A DNA stretch of 64,000 nt from Octopus sinensis (GCF_006345805.1 NC_043006.1:42656001-42720000); one strand, 5' to 3'. Counted from the stretch's first letter, positions 50,790-62,850 are shown. Numbers and translations are program-made. The notes: generated by a model not told the origin, from the letters alone.

Positions 50790-51741
50790 CACGCACACAC
50801 ACATATACATATATAAATAATATGGGTGGCTAATTCGCAATTTTACAACTTAAAGGCAGACGCGCGCGTGTGTGTGTAAATAACAGCCAAGTTCCAGGCC
50901 AGTGTCTCAGACTGCTTTGATTTAGTAGAGCAATTATTCAATCTAAATTCACTGCTTGAAGACATAGTTACATGATCCTTCTTTGGAAGCATCAAAGTAT
51001 CTTGTTATTCCACTGAATTTCAAGAAACATGGACTGCCTCACTGTTATATGGATTTCAAATTTTGGCACAGGGTTAGCTAGTTCAGGGGAGAGATTAGGT
51101 CAATTATATCAACCCCCAGTGCATAACTGGCATTTATCTTATCAACCCTGAAAGGATGAAACCAAAATTGACCTCAGCGGAATTTGAACTCAGAATATAC
51201 AGACAGATGGCATGCTGCTGAGTATTTTGTATTGCATGCTAACCATTCTGCTAGCTTGCCATTTTGCTTCACTGTCATATTGTCACTGCATTAGAAGACA
51301 AAGATATTTTCAATGATTCTACTGAAATGAATAAAATTGTCTGTCCAGAGCTTCAAAACTCAGTAATAGAGCCAATCTCTACAATATTATAAAAACTTAG
51401 ATTTTTGTTCACTTCGGTGAAGCAAGTCCCAATACAACTGACATAGGCCCAAGTATGGTTGTGTGGTTAAGAAGCTTGCTTTGCAACAATGTGCTCTCGG
51501 GTTCAGCCCCACTGTGTGACACCACCTTGGGAGATTGTCTTTTACTATAGTCCAAGGTTAATAGCCGATGGAAATTGTGCAGAAGTCTATCATATATATA
51601 TATTATTTTTTCTCATTTCATTACATGTAAATTCCACACCTGATGTATGTCTGTCTTTGTATTGTCCCCCTCATCCTTCGCCTTGGTGGCAGATAACAGA
51701 AATCATCATCATCATCATTATTGTTATTATTATTATTATTA

Positions 51742-51786
<45 letters not shown>

Positions 51787-51791
51787 CATTA

Positions 51792-51825
<34 letters not shown>

Positions 51826-51847
51826 AATTATCATTATTATTATTATT

Positions 51848-52400
51848 GAGTGAGAGAGCAGTGCATGCCATCAAAGTGGCACTGGGGTAAAATTTACAAA
51901 GCCCAGTATACCCATCATCACTACCCGTCTGATAAGGGTACACTAGGCACATGCATCACAACCATATGTGTGCGACATGGTGATCTTATATCAAGATAAA
52001 CAGCACATGACCTTGCAGGTGGGGCCCAGTTGGAATTTTCTTCAGGCTGAGTAGCTCATCCTACTCAAAAGGTTTCTGAATAAGGGTTGTTTAAGGATAA
52101 TGAACAAAAAAAAATGTTTCCAGAGGTGAATTATTCAAACCCCAAAGAATTCCTCTCAACACATGAATATGATGCTCCCCAACTACTTCTGCTCATGATC
52201 AGAGATGCACATATCGTCAGCCACTAAGGGACATGCTCAACTGGTTAAGGTCAAATAGCTGACAAGCAAATCTGTGGTATTGAGCAGAATATTTGCTATA
52301 GCCCATCTTTTATACCAAGACAAAACAATGTACATGATAACACTGCCAATCAGTTAACATGAGAAACCATGATGCCATAGACTGATACAGCATCAGGATA
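51848..52400 (-). mobile_element. Family D copy
   Basis: Reverse complement of 33678-34231, with tail in (ATT)n. Confidence 0.78.
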
Positions 52401-52704
52401 TATTTTTATTATTATTTATTGACTTTGCACAGCTTCTAAAACTAGAGATGTACTACAGTGCCAGCTGTTCACAAGCAGTGAACTTAAGTAACACCTCTTA
52501 TTTTTTGAGCACCATCTGGAGCATTCAAGTGGTTCCAACCAGCTTTGGTGTGTTTATGTCCCCATAACTTAGTGGTTCAGCAAAAGAAACCAATAGAATA
52601 GGTACTAGGCTTACAAAGAATAAGTCCTGGGGTTGATTTGCTTGACTAAAGGTCAGCATGGCCGCAGTCAAATGACTGAAACAAATAAAAGAAAAAAAAA
52701 GTAT

Positions 52705-52870
52705 ATAGGAGTGTCTGTGTGGTAAGTAGCTTGCTTACCAACCACATGGTTTTGGGTTCAGTCCCACTGCATGGCACCTTGGCCTAGTTTTTTCTACTAT
52801 AGCCTCAGGCCAACCAAAGCCTTGTGAGTGGATTCAGTAGAAGAAAACTGAAAGAAGCCTGTCATATATG

Positions 52871-52903
<33 letters not shown>

Positions 52904-53165
52904 TGTGTATGTGTGTGTGTGTGTATGTGTGTATATATATGTGTGTATGTATATATATGTATATGTGTGTAAGCGTGTGTGTGCTTGTCCCCCCAACATC
53001 GCTTGACAACCGATGTTGGGGGGACAAACACACACACGCTTGACAACTGATGTTGGTGTGATTACATCCCTGTAACTTAGCGGTTCAGCAAAAGAGATCG
53101 ATAGAATAAGTACTAGGCTTACAAAGAATAAGTCCTGGGGGTGGCCACAGTCAAAATGACTGAGA
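52705..53165 (+). mobile_element. SINE A with internal fold-back
   Basis: Family match plus a 27-bp hairpin at 52975-53037; a separate 3' half lies at 52540-52700. Confidence 0.85.
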
Positions 53166-53809
53166 CAAGTAAAAGAACAAAAGAATACAAGAATAATAGA
53201 ATATCAAGAATTATCCTAACACAGACATTTTTTACATGAAACTAACACACTGATTAAATTACAATGGAAGATATGACAGTCTTATTTATCTTTTTGACAG
53301 TATAATTGGAGAGTATTTTGCTTCTGCTGTAGTAATAGCGCCATATTTTTTATTCAGTCTCTGAAGGTGGAAATGAAATCCATCTTCTTCAGAGTCACCG
53401 AAAATGTGGGCAAATGAAAGTCTGTGTCGCTTGTTTGCTTGAAGCCATTTGTGATATATAGGCTGTAGCAGGTGAAATAAGAATTAGGTAAATTAACTTA
53501 AGGAAGCATCTTAGTTCAGTGGTTTACTGTTCTGTTGTTTCTTGATTGTAATCACTCTAAATTGTCGAAAATGGTTATAGTAAGCTGGGCGGGGGGGGGG
53601 GGGGGGGGCAGTCTCATGGACAAAAAATGTCCATTATGTAGTGGACGACCATGAGATTCTTAATTTCAGACCATACAATCTCTTTTTTTTTTAACTTGTC
53701 TCAGTTGTTGGGCTGTGGCCATACTGGAGCACAACCTTGGAGTATTTAGTTGAAAAGATCGACCCCCCAATACTTACTTTAAAAGTCTAATATTTAGTAG
53801 GTACTTTTA

Positions 53810-54090
53810 CGTGCCACCGGCATGAGGGCCAGTCTGGCGGTCTGGCAACGGCCATGCTCAAATGGTGTTTTTTACGTGCCACCTGCACAGGAGTCAGTAC
53901 AACAGTACTGGCAACAATCTTGCTCGAATGTTTTGTTCATATGCCACCGGCACAAGTGCCAGTACGGCGACACTGGTAATGATCACGCTCAAATGGTGCT
54001 TTTTACATGCCACCGGCATGGAAGCCAACAGCTGCTCTGGCAGTGATCCCGCTCAGATGGAGCTGTTAACACTCCACTGGCACCTGTGAC
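53810..54090 (-). mobile_element. RTE 3' UTR subrepeat array
   Basis: Repeated ggtgYttttYacRtgccacc units. Confidence 0.7.
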
Positions 54091-54369
54091 AGTCATCGAA
54101 TTTGGTTCAATTTAGTTTAGTGTCCAATGAAGGAAGGTTGGCATGGGTACTAGTCATCAAATTTGGTTCGATTTCACTTGCCCCAACAGGTCTTCGCAAG
54201 TAGAGTTTTGTGTCCAAAGAAGGAAAGGTATACATAAGTGGGCTGGCTACACCCCTGGAAAAGGCCATGGTCTCACTTTTCTTGCCGGGTCTTCTCATGC
54301 ACAGCATATGAGAAGTATATATATATATACATGATGATGATAGTGGAGTTGAATTGAGTGAAAGGTACT

Positions 54370-55335
54370 ATAAGGGGAAATATCAGATGATTGTTTGGCT
54401 ATCGAACAGGAAAGGGGACAAGAAATGCAATTCTGTGCTTGAGGACATTGGTAGAAAAGTGTATAGAGAAGCAAAAAGACTTCTACACCTGTTTTATTGA
54501 CTATGTGAATGCTTTTGACTGTGTCAAGCCTGAAGAGTTGGTGAGAATTTTGGAAGAAGTCGAGATTGATGGAAAAAATCTAAGAATGATTCAAAATTTG
54601 TATTGGGACCAGAAAGCAGCAATCGCAGTGCATGGAGAATTGTGTGACTGGATTGACATTCAGAAAGGCACCCGACAGGGTTGTATTTTTGTTACCTGAT
54701 TTATTCAACCTATATAGTGAGAAAGCTCTAAGCAAGATCAAGACAATTGCAGGGCTACAGCTGGGAGAAAGGAATTATAACAATCTGATGTATGCAGACG
54801 ATACGGCTTTGTTTGCGGACACAGAAGTGAAGTGTCAGGGATTGATTAATATCCTGACTGAGGAGAGTGGAAAGCTTGATTTAACGATTAACTGCCAGAA
54901 AACCTTCTCAGTGGTCTGTACCAAGAAAGCTCAGGTACCCAGGTACCCACATGTCACTTGACAGAGAATGGAACTGTGATAGAGCAGAAGGACAGTTTCA
55001 TATATCTGGGAAGTTGGATAACATCAGATGGAAGGTCAGATAAGGACATAAAGTGTAGAACTGGATTAGCAAAGAAGACTTTTATAGATATAAGGAGTAT
55101 TTTTTTGTGCAAAGAGAATTGGAATGGAAGTCAAGAAAAGACTATTTAAGTGCTACACCTGGTTGGTGCTAACGTATGGATGTGAGTCTTGGACGATAAG
55201 CCAAGTCATGGAGAAGAGACTCAAAGCTGCAGAAATGTAGTTTTATAAAAAAATGCTTAGAATCTCATGGATACAGAGGATGACGAATGTAGAAGTGTTG
55301 AAGAAGATGAAAGGGAAGAGACAGTTGATGGATAC

Positions 55336-55371
<36 letters not shown>

Positions 55372-55590
55372 TGGAGATTTGTTGGTCATTTTCTCAGAAA
55401 GGATGACTGAATGGAGCGTTACATGGTGGAGACTGAGCTGAAGGGAAGGAGAGCGAGAGAAAGGCAGAGAATGAAGATGTTCAACTGGATGAAGAAGAGA
55501 ATGAATGTGCAGAGTGAGAAAGACCTGGGTGATGTTGCCAGAGACAGAAACGAATGGAGGAGGAACAAGCCATGATTTGTCAAAAACATG
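54370..55590 (+). mobile_element. RTE-BovB-like LINE ORF2 fragment (pseudogenised)
   Basis: GYRTGKGTRNAILCLR...CFIDYVNAFDCV...GTRQGC...LFNLYSE...YADDTAL...FIYLGSWIT...LTYGCESW. Confidence 0.9.
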
Positions 55591-55627
55591 AATATGCTAT
55601 GACACAAGATATATATATAAAGAAACG

Positions 55628-55767
55628 ATTGGTCAAAACGTTGATGACGTCACGTTACGCTGGACTGGCCACCTAACAGGTGATATAAAACCCAAACAAT
55701 TCACAAGGTTCGCCAGAACGATCCAGCGAACACCGACCAAAAGTGATCACAGTTACTCAAGGTAAAA
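55628..55767 (+). promoter_or_regulatory. Pol II promoter-like cassette: inverted CCAAT, CRE, TATA, then splice donor
   Basis: ATTGG 55628-32, TGACGTCA 55645-52, TATAAAA 55684-90, AAG|GTAAAA at 55761/55762. Confidence 0.55.
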
Positions 55768-55959
55768 TCTAAAATGAATTCCTCGCTCTTTCAGGAACAC
55801 CAATTTTTATATTGACTGCATATCACCACTTTGATCTATTTTTTATATTGAATGCATATCACCACTATGAACCACTACATCATACTCTCTAAACATATAG
55901 CATGAACGAACTCACTTCACGGTTTTTTATATTTGATAGCATGAACTATCTTTTTTTAT

Positions 55960-56020
55960 ATATAACTTTTTTTGATAAGGTTCTCAAGAACCGAAACATG
56001 TTATAATGTATATATAAAAA
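55960..56020 (+). ncRNA. Minimal hammerhead, U3-A8 compensatory variant
   Basis: TTGATAA-GGTTC[TCAA]GAACC-GAAAC-AT-GT-T; perfect 5-bp stem II; palindromic ACATGT stem III. Confidence 0.65.
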
Positions 56021-56112
56021 TTAAAAATTTGTCTACTATAGCAGCATTTTCGAACTTCATTTTTTACAAATATATACCCACTCGTATACGAGCTAATCTC
56101 ATTATAAATATG

Positions 56113-56157
<45 letters not shown>

Positions 56158-56164
56158 ATATATA

Positions 56165-56208
<44 letters not shown>

Positions 56209-56224
56209 GTATATATATATATAC

Positions 56225-56603
56225 TTGCAAAACTTGCAAAAATAGCTTCACCAAGCCATTAAGGCTGCTATTTCAAAAGTTGCTTGAAACCGGCATATTT
56301 TCAGAACTATTGAAAGAAATAAGAGTAACACCTATCCATAAAGAAGGAATAGCAGGACTGAAGCTAAAAATGACAGACCTGTTTCTCTCACATCTCATAC
56401 ATCTGAAATTGTAGAACACATTGTCCAAAAAAGAATACCTGTATATCTTGAGGAAAACAATCTCTTAGATAATACACAACATGGTTTTTGGACTGAACGA
56501 GGTTGACACAACAATTACAACACCATAACACTATATTCAATAATCTCCAGAGTTGGAAGGACAGACTGCATATACTTTGATTTTGCTAAAGCATTTGACA
56601 AGA
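56225..56603 (+). mobile_element. CR1-group LINE RT fragment
   Basis: [14 protein letters not shown]...VTPIHKEG...RPVSLTS...QHGF...YFDFAKAFDK with frameshifts. Confidence 0.8.
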
Positions 56604-56914
56604 TTGAACCTGGAACCATGTGGTTGGTAAGCAAGCTACTTAACCCACAGCCACTCCTATGGAACCCTTTGATTCCTATTTTACTTGGATGGACCCTCAT
56701 AGCCCTTTAATGCTTAAAAAATCACACAATATTTTTGGAATTAAATATTATTAGAAATTGCATTAAAAGAATTGTTAAAATATTCTATGTATTGTAGAAT
56801 TTTAACCAATTGATGGCACATAAATTTTAATGAAATCGTACATGGACTGCCCCACACCTCAAGTGTCATATGGACCCCAATCAGGAACCACTGCTCTAAG
56901 ATGACCCTTATTTC

Positions 56915-57360
56915 TTTCAAATTGAATCTCCAACGTCTGGTAACTGACTTATTAAACATCCACAAAATTATTAACCACCATGCCAACAACCATATTGAGC
57001 ACCTCTTTGAGTGCCATGTGTCTAACACATGTGGGCATGCCTACAAAGTCAGAAAACAGCACAGCTTTCATGACTTTCGGAAGCATTTTTTCACACTCAG
57101 AGTTGCTGAAGCATGGAACAAACTACCTGCATCAGTTGTTAGTTCCTGAGACGTTGCATCCTTTAAAACTTCCATGCTTCCTGAAATTCACCAACACTAC
57201 ACCTGATGTCCCTTGCTCTATACGCATGCACACATGTATATCATGACTCATACACTGTTCACTTTCCTGACTTTTGTATATAATTCTATGTTACTGTATA
57301 TGCACCTTCGATGAGTTGTAGTGCACCTGAGAACTACACACAATAATTTCGTTGTTATTA
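56915..57360 (+). mobile_element. CR1-group LINE 3' end
   Basis: DLLNIHKII...TCGHAYKVRKQ...RKHFFTLRVAEAWNKLPASVV, 3' UTR, (ATT) tail. Confidence 0.82.
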
Positions 57361-57369
57361 TTATATTTT

Positions 57370-58200
57370 ATTTACCTGGTATCTTGCAAGGCAACAATTT
57401 TACCGTTGTCCATTAGCTGAATAACTCAAGATGTTTAGGAGGCAAAAAACGACATTCAATTTTTTAGTCTCTGCTCACTAACTTCTCAGAAGAAGGGTGA
57501 ACAGGAACATCAACAAAAAGTGACAATGCATTTCCATTATGGAGAGAAATCTTCAGAACATCTGACTGGAAGTGCTTCACATCAGGATCAAGAAACATTT
57601 ACAAAAGAAGGTAAAAAACCTCCAAAGTAAAACATGAACTTCTTTGAGCTGGTGTATATCACAGATAACTGATTCATAATATATTTGTTTTCCCCACTAC
57701 CACAGCATTCAGGAGATATGCAAAACCATCAGCATTTGCACATGATAAACATGAAATTCATTTGTTGTTTAACATGCATCCAATATTTCTATGTTAATAC
57801 TTGTAAGCCAAAGCATTTTCAACAACAGCACAATGGACAAACTAGTTTCATTGACATTGTAGATCCATGATAAAATAAGGTTGTCAGATTTAATAAGTTC
57901 GTTTATAATATTTCCTAAATGGATCAAATAGTGAGGTTTCTGCACTTATAGATTCACCACAGGTTTTCTTGTTCACAACGCCATGCTTTTATTTAAAATG
58001 TCACAACTACCCATCACTTAAATCCCATTAAATCTCATACGTTTTCCCAAGAGTTTCCCATGCAGATTTCAATTGGAAATGTCATTCATTAACACTGCAA
58101 GATCTCTTCTAAACACACCACTTATACAAAGCTTCTTCTATGTCTTTATCTTGCCCAACCGACTTCTCTGCATCCCACTACAGAGATTTATTTAATGCTA
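57370..58200 (-). mobile_element. Tigger/pogo transposase remnant (CENP-B-type HTH + DDE)
   Basis: DIEEALYKW...KHGVVNKKTCGES...IYNVNETSL...CANADG...ECRFLPP...QLMDNG with stops and frameshifts. Confidence 0.75.
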
Positions 58201-58259
58201 TCAATTCTGAAAAACAAAAACAAAAGAACTATTGTGCAGGCTTGGTTGTGTGGTAAGAA

Positions 58260-58489
58260 GGCGGCGAGCTGGCAGAAACGTTAGCATGCCAGGCGAAATG
58301 CTTAACGGTATTTCGTCTGCCGTTATGTTCTGAGTTCAAATTCCGCCGAGGTCAACTTTGCCTTTCATCCTTTCGGGGTCGATAAATTAAGTACCAGTTA
58401 TGCTCTAGGTTTCGATGTAATCGACTTAATCCCTTTGTCTGTCCTTGTTTGTCCCCACTATGGTTAGCCCCTTGTGGGCAATAAAGAAA
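58260..58489 (+). mobile_element. SINE B nested inside a SINE A head
   Basis: Match to 23857-24080; TAAGAA at 58254-59 and 58490-95. Confidence 0.9.
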
Positions 58490-58676
58490 TAAGAAACTTG
58501 TTCTCTAATCATATGGTTTCTGGTTCAGTTCCACTGTATGGCACCTTGGGCAAATGCTGAACAAAGCCTTGTGAGTGGATTTCATTGATGGAAACTGAAA
58601 GAAGCCCATCATATATACATATATTTTATATGTATAATATATATATATATACATATAATATATATATATATATACA

Positions 58677-58736
<60 letters not shown>

Positions 58737-58740
<4 letters not shown>

Positions 58741-61368
58741 AATCCAGAAAAGAAGGATTTGGAGGCTAAAGAACCCTTCACATGGTCAGAAATTTAGGGA
58801 CATACTCATCAAGAAATTTGATGAGAGGGAGGAGGAGCTTCAGACGTCAGACATAGAAGGTAGCTGGGAATTCCTACGGGACAGCTTGCTGAGTGCCACA
58901 GACCGAGTCTGTGGATGGTGCAAAGTCCCTTCCAGACCTAGAATTACGTGGTGGTGGAATAGTGCAGTAGATAAAGCCATCTGTAAAAAGAGACGGGCCT
59001 GGAAAGCCTGGAAGGATGGGGGCAGCAGGGAACTGTACCAGATAGCCAAAAGGGAGGCTGGGCGGCAGGTATACATAGCCAAAGACGTAGCAGAAAAGAA
59101 GAAGTTTGCCAATGTCCAGCGACGCGAGGATCAAAGAGCTGAAGTATTTCGGATTGCCAGACAGTGTGTCAGAGAAAATAGTGATGTTATAGGAGAGAAA
59201 TGTGTCCGCATGGATGATAGGGCACTTGCATTTACTGCTAGTGAAAAGAAAGAGGCTTGGAGAAGCCATTATGAAAGACTGCTGAATGAGGAGAATGAAT
59301 GGGAGGAGGAGAGCCTGCCAAATGTTGACCCAGTAGAGGGACCAGCTACCCGAATAGACAGCTCCCTTGTAGATAAGGCAATTAAGGATATGAAACCAGG
59401 CAAAGCCCCTGGCCTATCAGGAATCACTGCTGAGATGCTTAAAACAGCTGGCTATGTGGGCTATACCATAGTCACCCGCATTGTAAACCAGGTAGTTCAC
59501 AATGGAGTCATACCCAATGACTGGTGCAGCAGCACCATAGTCAACTGCTACAAGGGTAAGGGTGATGCTCTAGATAGAAATAACTACAGAGGTATCAAAC
59601 TGTTGGACCAGGTGATGAAGGTCTCAGAGAAGGTCATAACCCATCTCATTAGGGAGAGAATTTGTTTAGATGAAATGCAGTTCGGTTTTGTACCAGGTAG
59701 AAGCACCACTGATGCTATATTCCTGGTCCGACAACTGCAGGAGAAGTACCTAGCTAAAGATAAACCCCTCTACATAGCTTTTGTGGACTTGGAGAAAGCC
59801 TTTGACAGGGTTCCCCGTTCCCTCATCTGGTGGTCGATGCGGAAACTGGAGATTGAAGAATGGCTAATAAGGGCTGTACAGGCTCTATACAGAGAGGTTG
59901 TCAGCAAGGTTAGGATTGGCAACGAATATAGTGAAGAATTCCGGGTAGAAGTAGGTGTGCACCAGGGCTCAGCCCTCAGTCCCCTTTTATTCATCATAGT
60001 CCTTCAGGCAATAACAGAGGAATTCAAAACGGGATGCCCCTGGGAGCTCCTCTATGCCAATGACCTAGCTCTCATAGCAGAATCACTACCGAACTAGAAG
60101 AGAAATTTCGGGTGTGGAAGCAAGGGTTGGAATCAAAAGGCCTTAGAATAAATGTAGCAAAGACCAAAGTATTAGTAAGCAGCAAGAGGTACTCAGCACA
60201 CCCCCTCGGGTAGGTGGCCCTGCTCAATCTGTAGGAAAGGTACAGGTAGAAACTCCATAAGATGCACCCAATGTAAGTTATGGACACATAAGAGATGCAG
60301 CAACATTAAAGGGAAATTAACAGATAAGATAGCTTTCATATGCGGCAGATGCACAGGGACAATAGACACAACAGACACTCAGAAAACAGATTCCATCACA
60401 CTCCAGGGAGAGAAACTAGAAGTAGTTGATAGTTTCCGCTACCTGGGTGACCAAGTTAGTAGCGGAGGTGGATGCACAGAGAGTATCACCACTAGAATAC
60501 GAATAGCCTGGGCAAAGTTCAGAAAGCTCCTACCCCTACTGGCAACAAAAGGTCTCTCCTCAGAGCGAAAGGTAGATTGTATGATGTGTGTGCGAACTGC
60601 CATGCTTCACGGTAATGAAACATGAGCAGTGACTGCAGAGGACATGCGTAGACTTGAAAGAAATGAAGCTAGCATGATCCGCTGGATGTGTAGTGTCAGT
60701 GTGCACGCAAGACAGAGTGTAAGCATCCTAAGAGAAATGCTGGATATAAGAAGCATCAGATGTGGTGTGCAAGAGCGACGCTTGCGATGGTATGGTCATG
60801 TGCTGCGGATGGATGAAGAGAGATGTGTTAAGAAGTGCCACTCCCAAACAGTTGAAGGTATCAGGGGGAGAGGTAGACCCAGGAAGACATGGGATGAGGT
60901 AGTCAAGCATGACCTCAGAGCATTGGGCCTCACTGAGGCAATGACGAAAGACCGAGATCTCTGGAGATATGCTGTGACTGCAAAGACCCGGGCTGCTTTC
61001 TGCAGCAATTCCACATACCCCCTACCCATTCAAAGTACCCCGGATCCCCAAAGTACCCCAGATCCCCAAAGTACCCCGGATCCCCAAAGTACCCCGGACC
61101 CAGTTGCCCCGTGCCGCTGGCACGTTAAAAGCTCGAACCGATCGCGACCAATGCCGGACCCCCCGGCCCCTGTGCAGGTGGCACGTAAAAAGCACCCAAT
61201 CCACTCACGGAGTGGTTGGCGTTAGGAAGGGCATCCAGCCGTAGAAACTCTGCCAAATCAGACTGGAGCCTGGAGCGGCCCCTGGCTTCTCAGACCCCGG
61301 TCAAACCGTCCAACCTGTGCTAGCGCGGAAAACGGACGTTAAACGATGATGATGATGATGATGATGAT
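58737..61368 (+). mobile_element. 5'-truncated RTE LINE: RT with inserted PHD finger, 3' UTR with 18-bp VNTR and (GAT)n tail, inserted in (TA)n
   Basis: ORF 58706-60097 (PGKAPG, NNYRGIKLL, QFGFVPGRSTTDAIF, FVDLEKAFDRVP, GVHQGSALSPLLF, YAND); continues with frameshifts through FRYLG, RLRWYGHV, GRGRPRKTW. Confidence 0.95.
61031..61101 (+). repeat. 18-bp tandem repeat x4 (CAAAGTACCCCRGATCCC)
   Basis: Directly visible. Confidence 0.9.
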
Positions 61369-61399
61369 ATTTGTATATATATATATGTATATATATAAA

Positions 61400-61880
61400 G
61401 GTTTAAGGGTGGCAAAAGGACTACCATGAAGTCACTTGGAATCGATCCAGAAGACATAGAAACCTTTGCTTCGGATTGAGTTGGATGGCGAACAAAAGTG
61501 TGGAGTGGAGTGAAAGCATTTGAAGAAGCCAGGATAACACATGTAAGACTCAAAAGAGATCTAAGAAAGAATGTTACAATCGAGAAGGTGAATGACAATG
61601 ACCCTTTTTGTGTGCACAGTTTGTGACAGTCCATGCCTTTCTTTTGCTGGGCTCAAATCTCATTTGTGAACCCATAGAAAACGAACCTCCACCAACTATT
61701 CTGCCTATATATCTGTGCACACCTTTGAATGCAGTGTATGCCAGAAGGTTTGCAAATCTAATGAAGGCCTCAAAAGACATTTTAAGATCCACAAAGATCA
61801 GAACTTATCTCCAGCTCTTGTATGTGGAATCTGTGTGGGTGTCAGATGCCATGATGGTGCTAAGATGTAGGTACAGGAGG
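61400..61880 (+). mobile_element. RTE-BovB-like ORF2 C-terminus with C2H2 zinc fingers
   Basis: KSLGIDPEDIETFASD*VGWRTKVWSGVKAFEEAR, then CTVCDSPCLSFAGLKSHL*TH and CSVCQKVCKSNEGLKRHFKIH. Confidence 0.8.
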
Positions 61881-61910
61881 TGGTCAAACTCTGCATAAGG
61901 AGTAGACAAC

Positions 61911-61950
<40 letters not shown>

Positions 61951-61967
61951 TATATAAACATATATAT

Positions 61968-62362
61968 AACGGGAAGGTTTATGAAAATAAACAAAAGATG
62001 AAGGCAGGTGGAGTAGAAACAAACAAATGTATTAGTATGGCGCTCAGGAATAGAAATAGAACAAGTCTTTTACGTTTCGAGCCTACACTCTTCGACAGAG
62101 AGATACACAGAAAAGAAACAAGGAGAGAAAAAAATGCGTGTAGGAGCTAATGGCCTATCATGGCGTTCTGACTTCAGGCAGAAGTCAGATATCAGAGGTC
62201 AGACGTTAGACGCTAGAGGGATAGTAGGGGAGATAACAGGGTCAAGTGACTTCGCCCCAACACGAAGGTGCGTGTGTGTATAAGAGAGTATGTATGTATG
62301 TGTGGGTGTGGAGATTTGGGGATGGGTGTGTGGGTGGTGTGTTGTGATATGATATGTGTATG
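61968..62362 (-). mobile_element. Solo PLE pLTR related to 13020-13265, copy 1
   Basis: Ends in cccgtt(AT)n exactly as at 13265; hammerhead-like CTGTCGA-A-GAGT[GTAG]GCTC-GAAAC-GTA at about 62065-62105. Confidence 0.88.
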
Positions 62363-62365
62363 TAT

Positions 62366-62400
<35 letters not shown>

Positions 62401-62424
62401 TATATACATATATAAACATATTAT

Positions 62425-62815
62425 AACGGGAAGGTTTATGAAAATAACAAAAGATGAAGGCAGGTGGAGTAGAAACAAACAAATGTATTAGTATGGCGCT
62501 CAGGAATAGAAATAGAAACAATCTTTTACGTTTCGAGCCTACACTCTTCGACAGAGAGATACACAGAAAAGAAACAAGGAGAGAAAAAAATGCGTGTAGG
62601 AGCTAATGGCCTATCTGGGGCGTTCTGACTTCAGGCAGAAGTCAGATATCAGAGGTCAGACGTTAGACGCTAGAGGGATAGTAGGGGATATAACAGGGTC
62701 AAGTGACTTCGCCCCAACACGAAGGTGCGTGTGTGTATAAGAGAGTATGTATGTATGTGTGGGTGTGGAGATTTGGGGATGGGTGTGTGGGTGGTGTGTT
62801 GTGATATGATATGTG

Positions 62816-62820
<5 letters not shown>
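62425..62820 (-). mobile_element. Solo PLE pLTR, tandem copy 2
   Basis: Near-identical to copy 1 (period about 457 bp); hammerhead-like motif at about 62521-62560. Confidence 0.88.

Positions 62821-62850
<30 letters not shown>

Noticed and set aside
53300-53480. Minus-strand frame HKWLQANKRHRLSFAHIFGDSEEDGF after a good acceptor
   Set aside because: More likely a DNA-transposon remnant; family and function could not be supported
57490-57610. Plus-strand exon-like segment (CTAAC..CAG acceptor, open frame KKGEQEHQQKVTMHFHYGEK..., AAG|GTAAAA donor) that could splice to the 55761 donor
   Set aside because: Lies antisense to a Tigger/pogo transposase remnant, which explains the open frame; no compatible coding continuation
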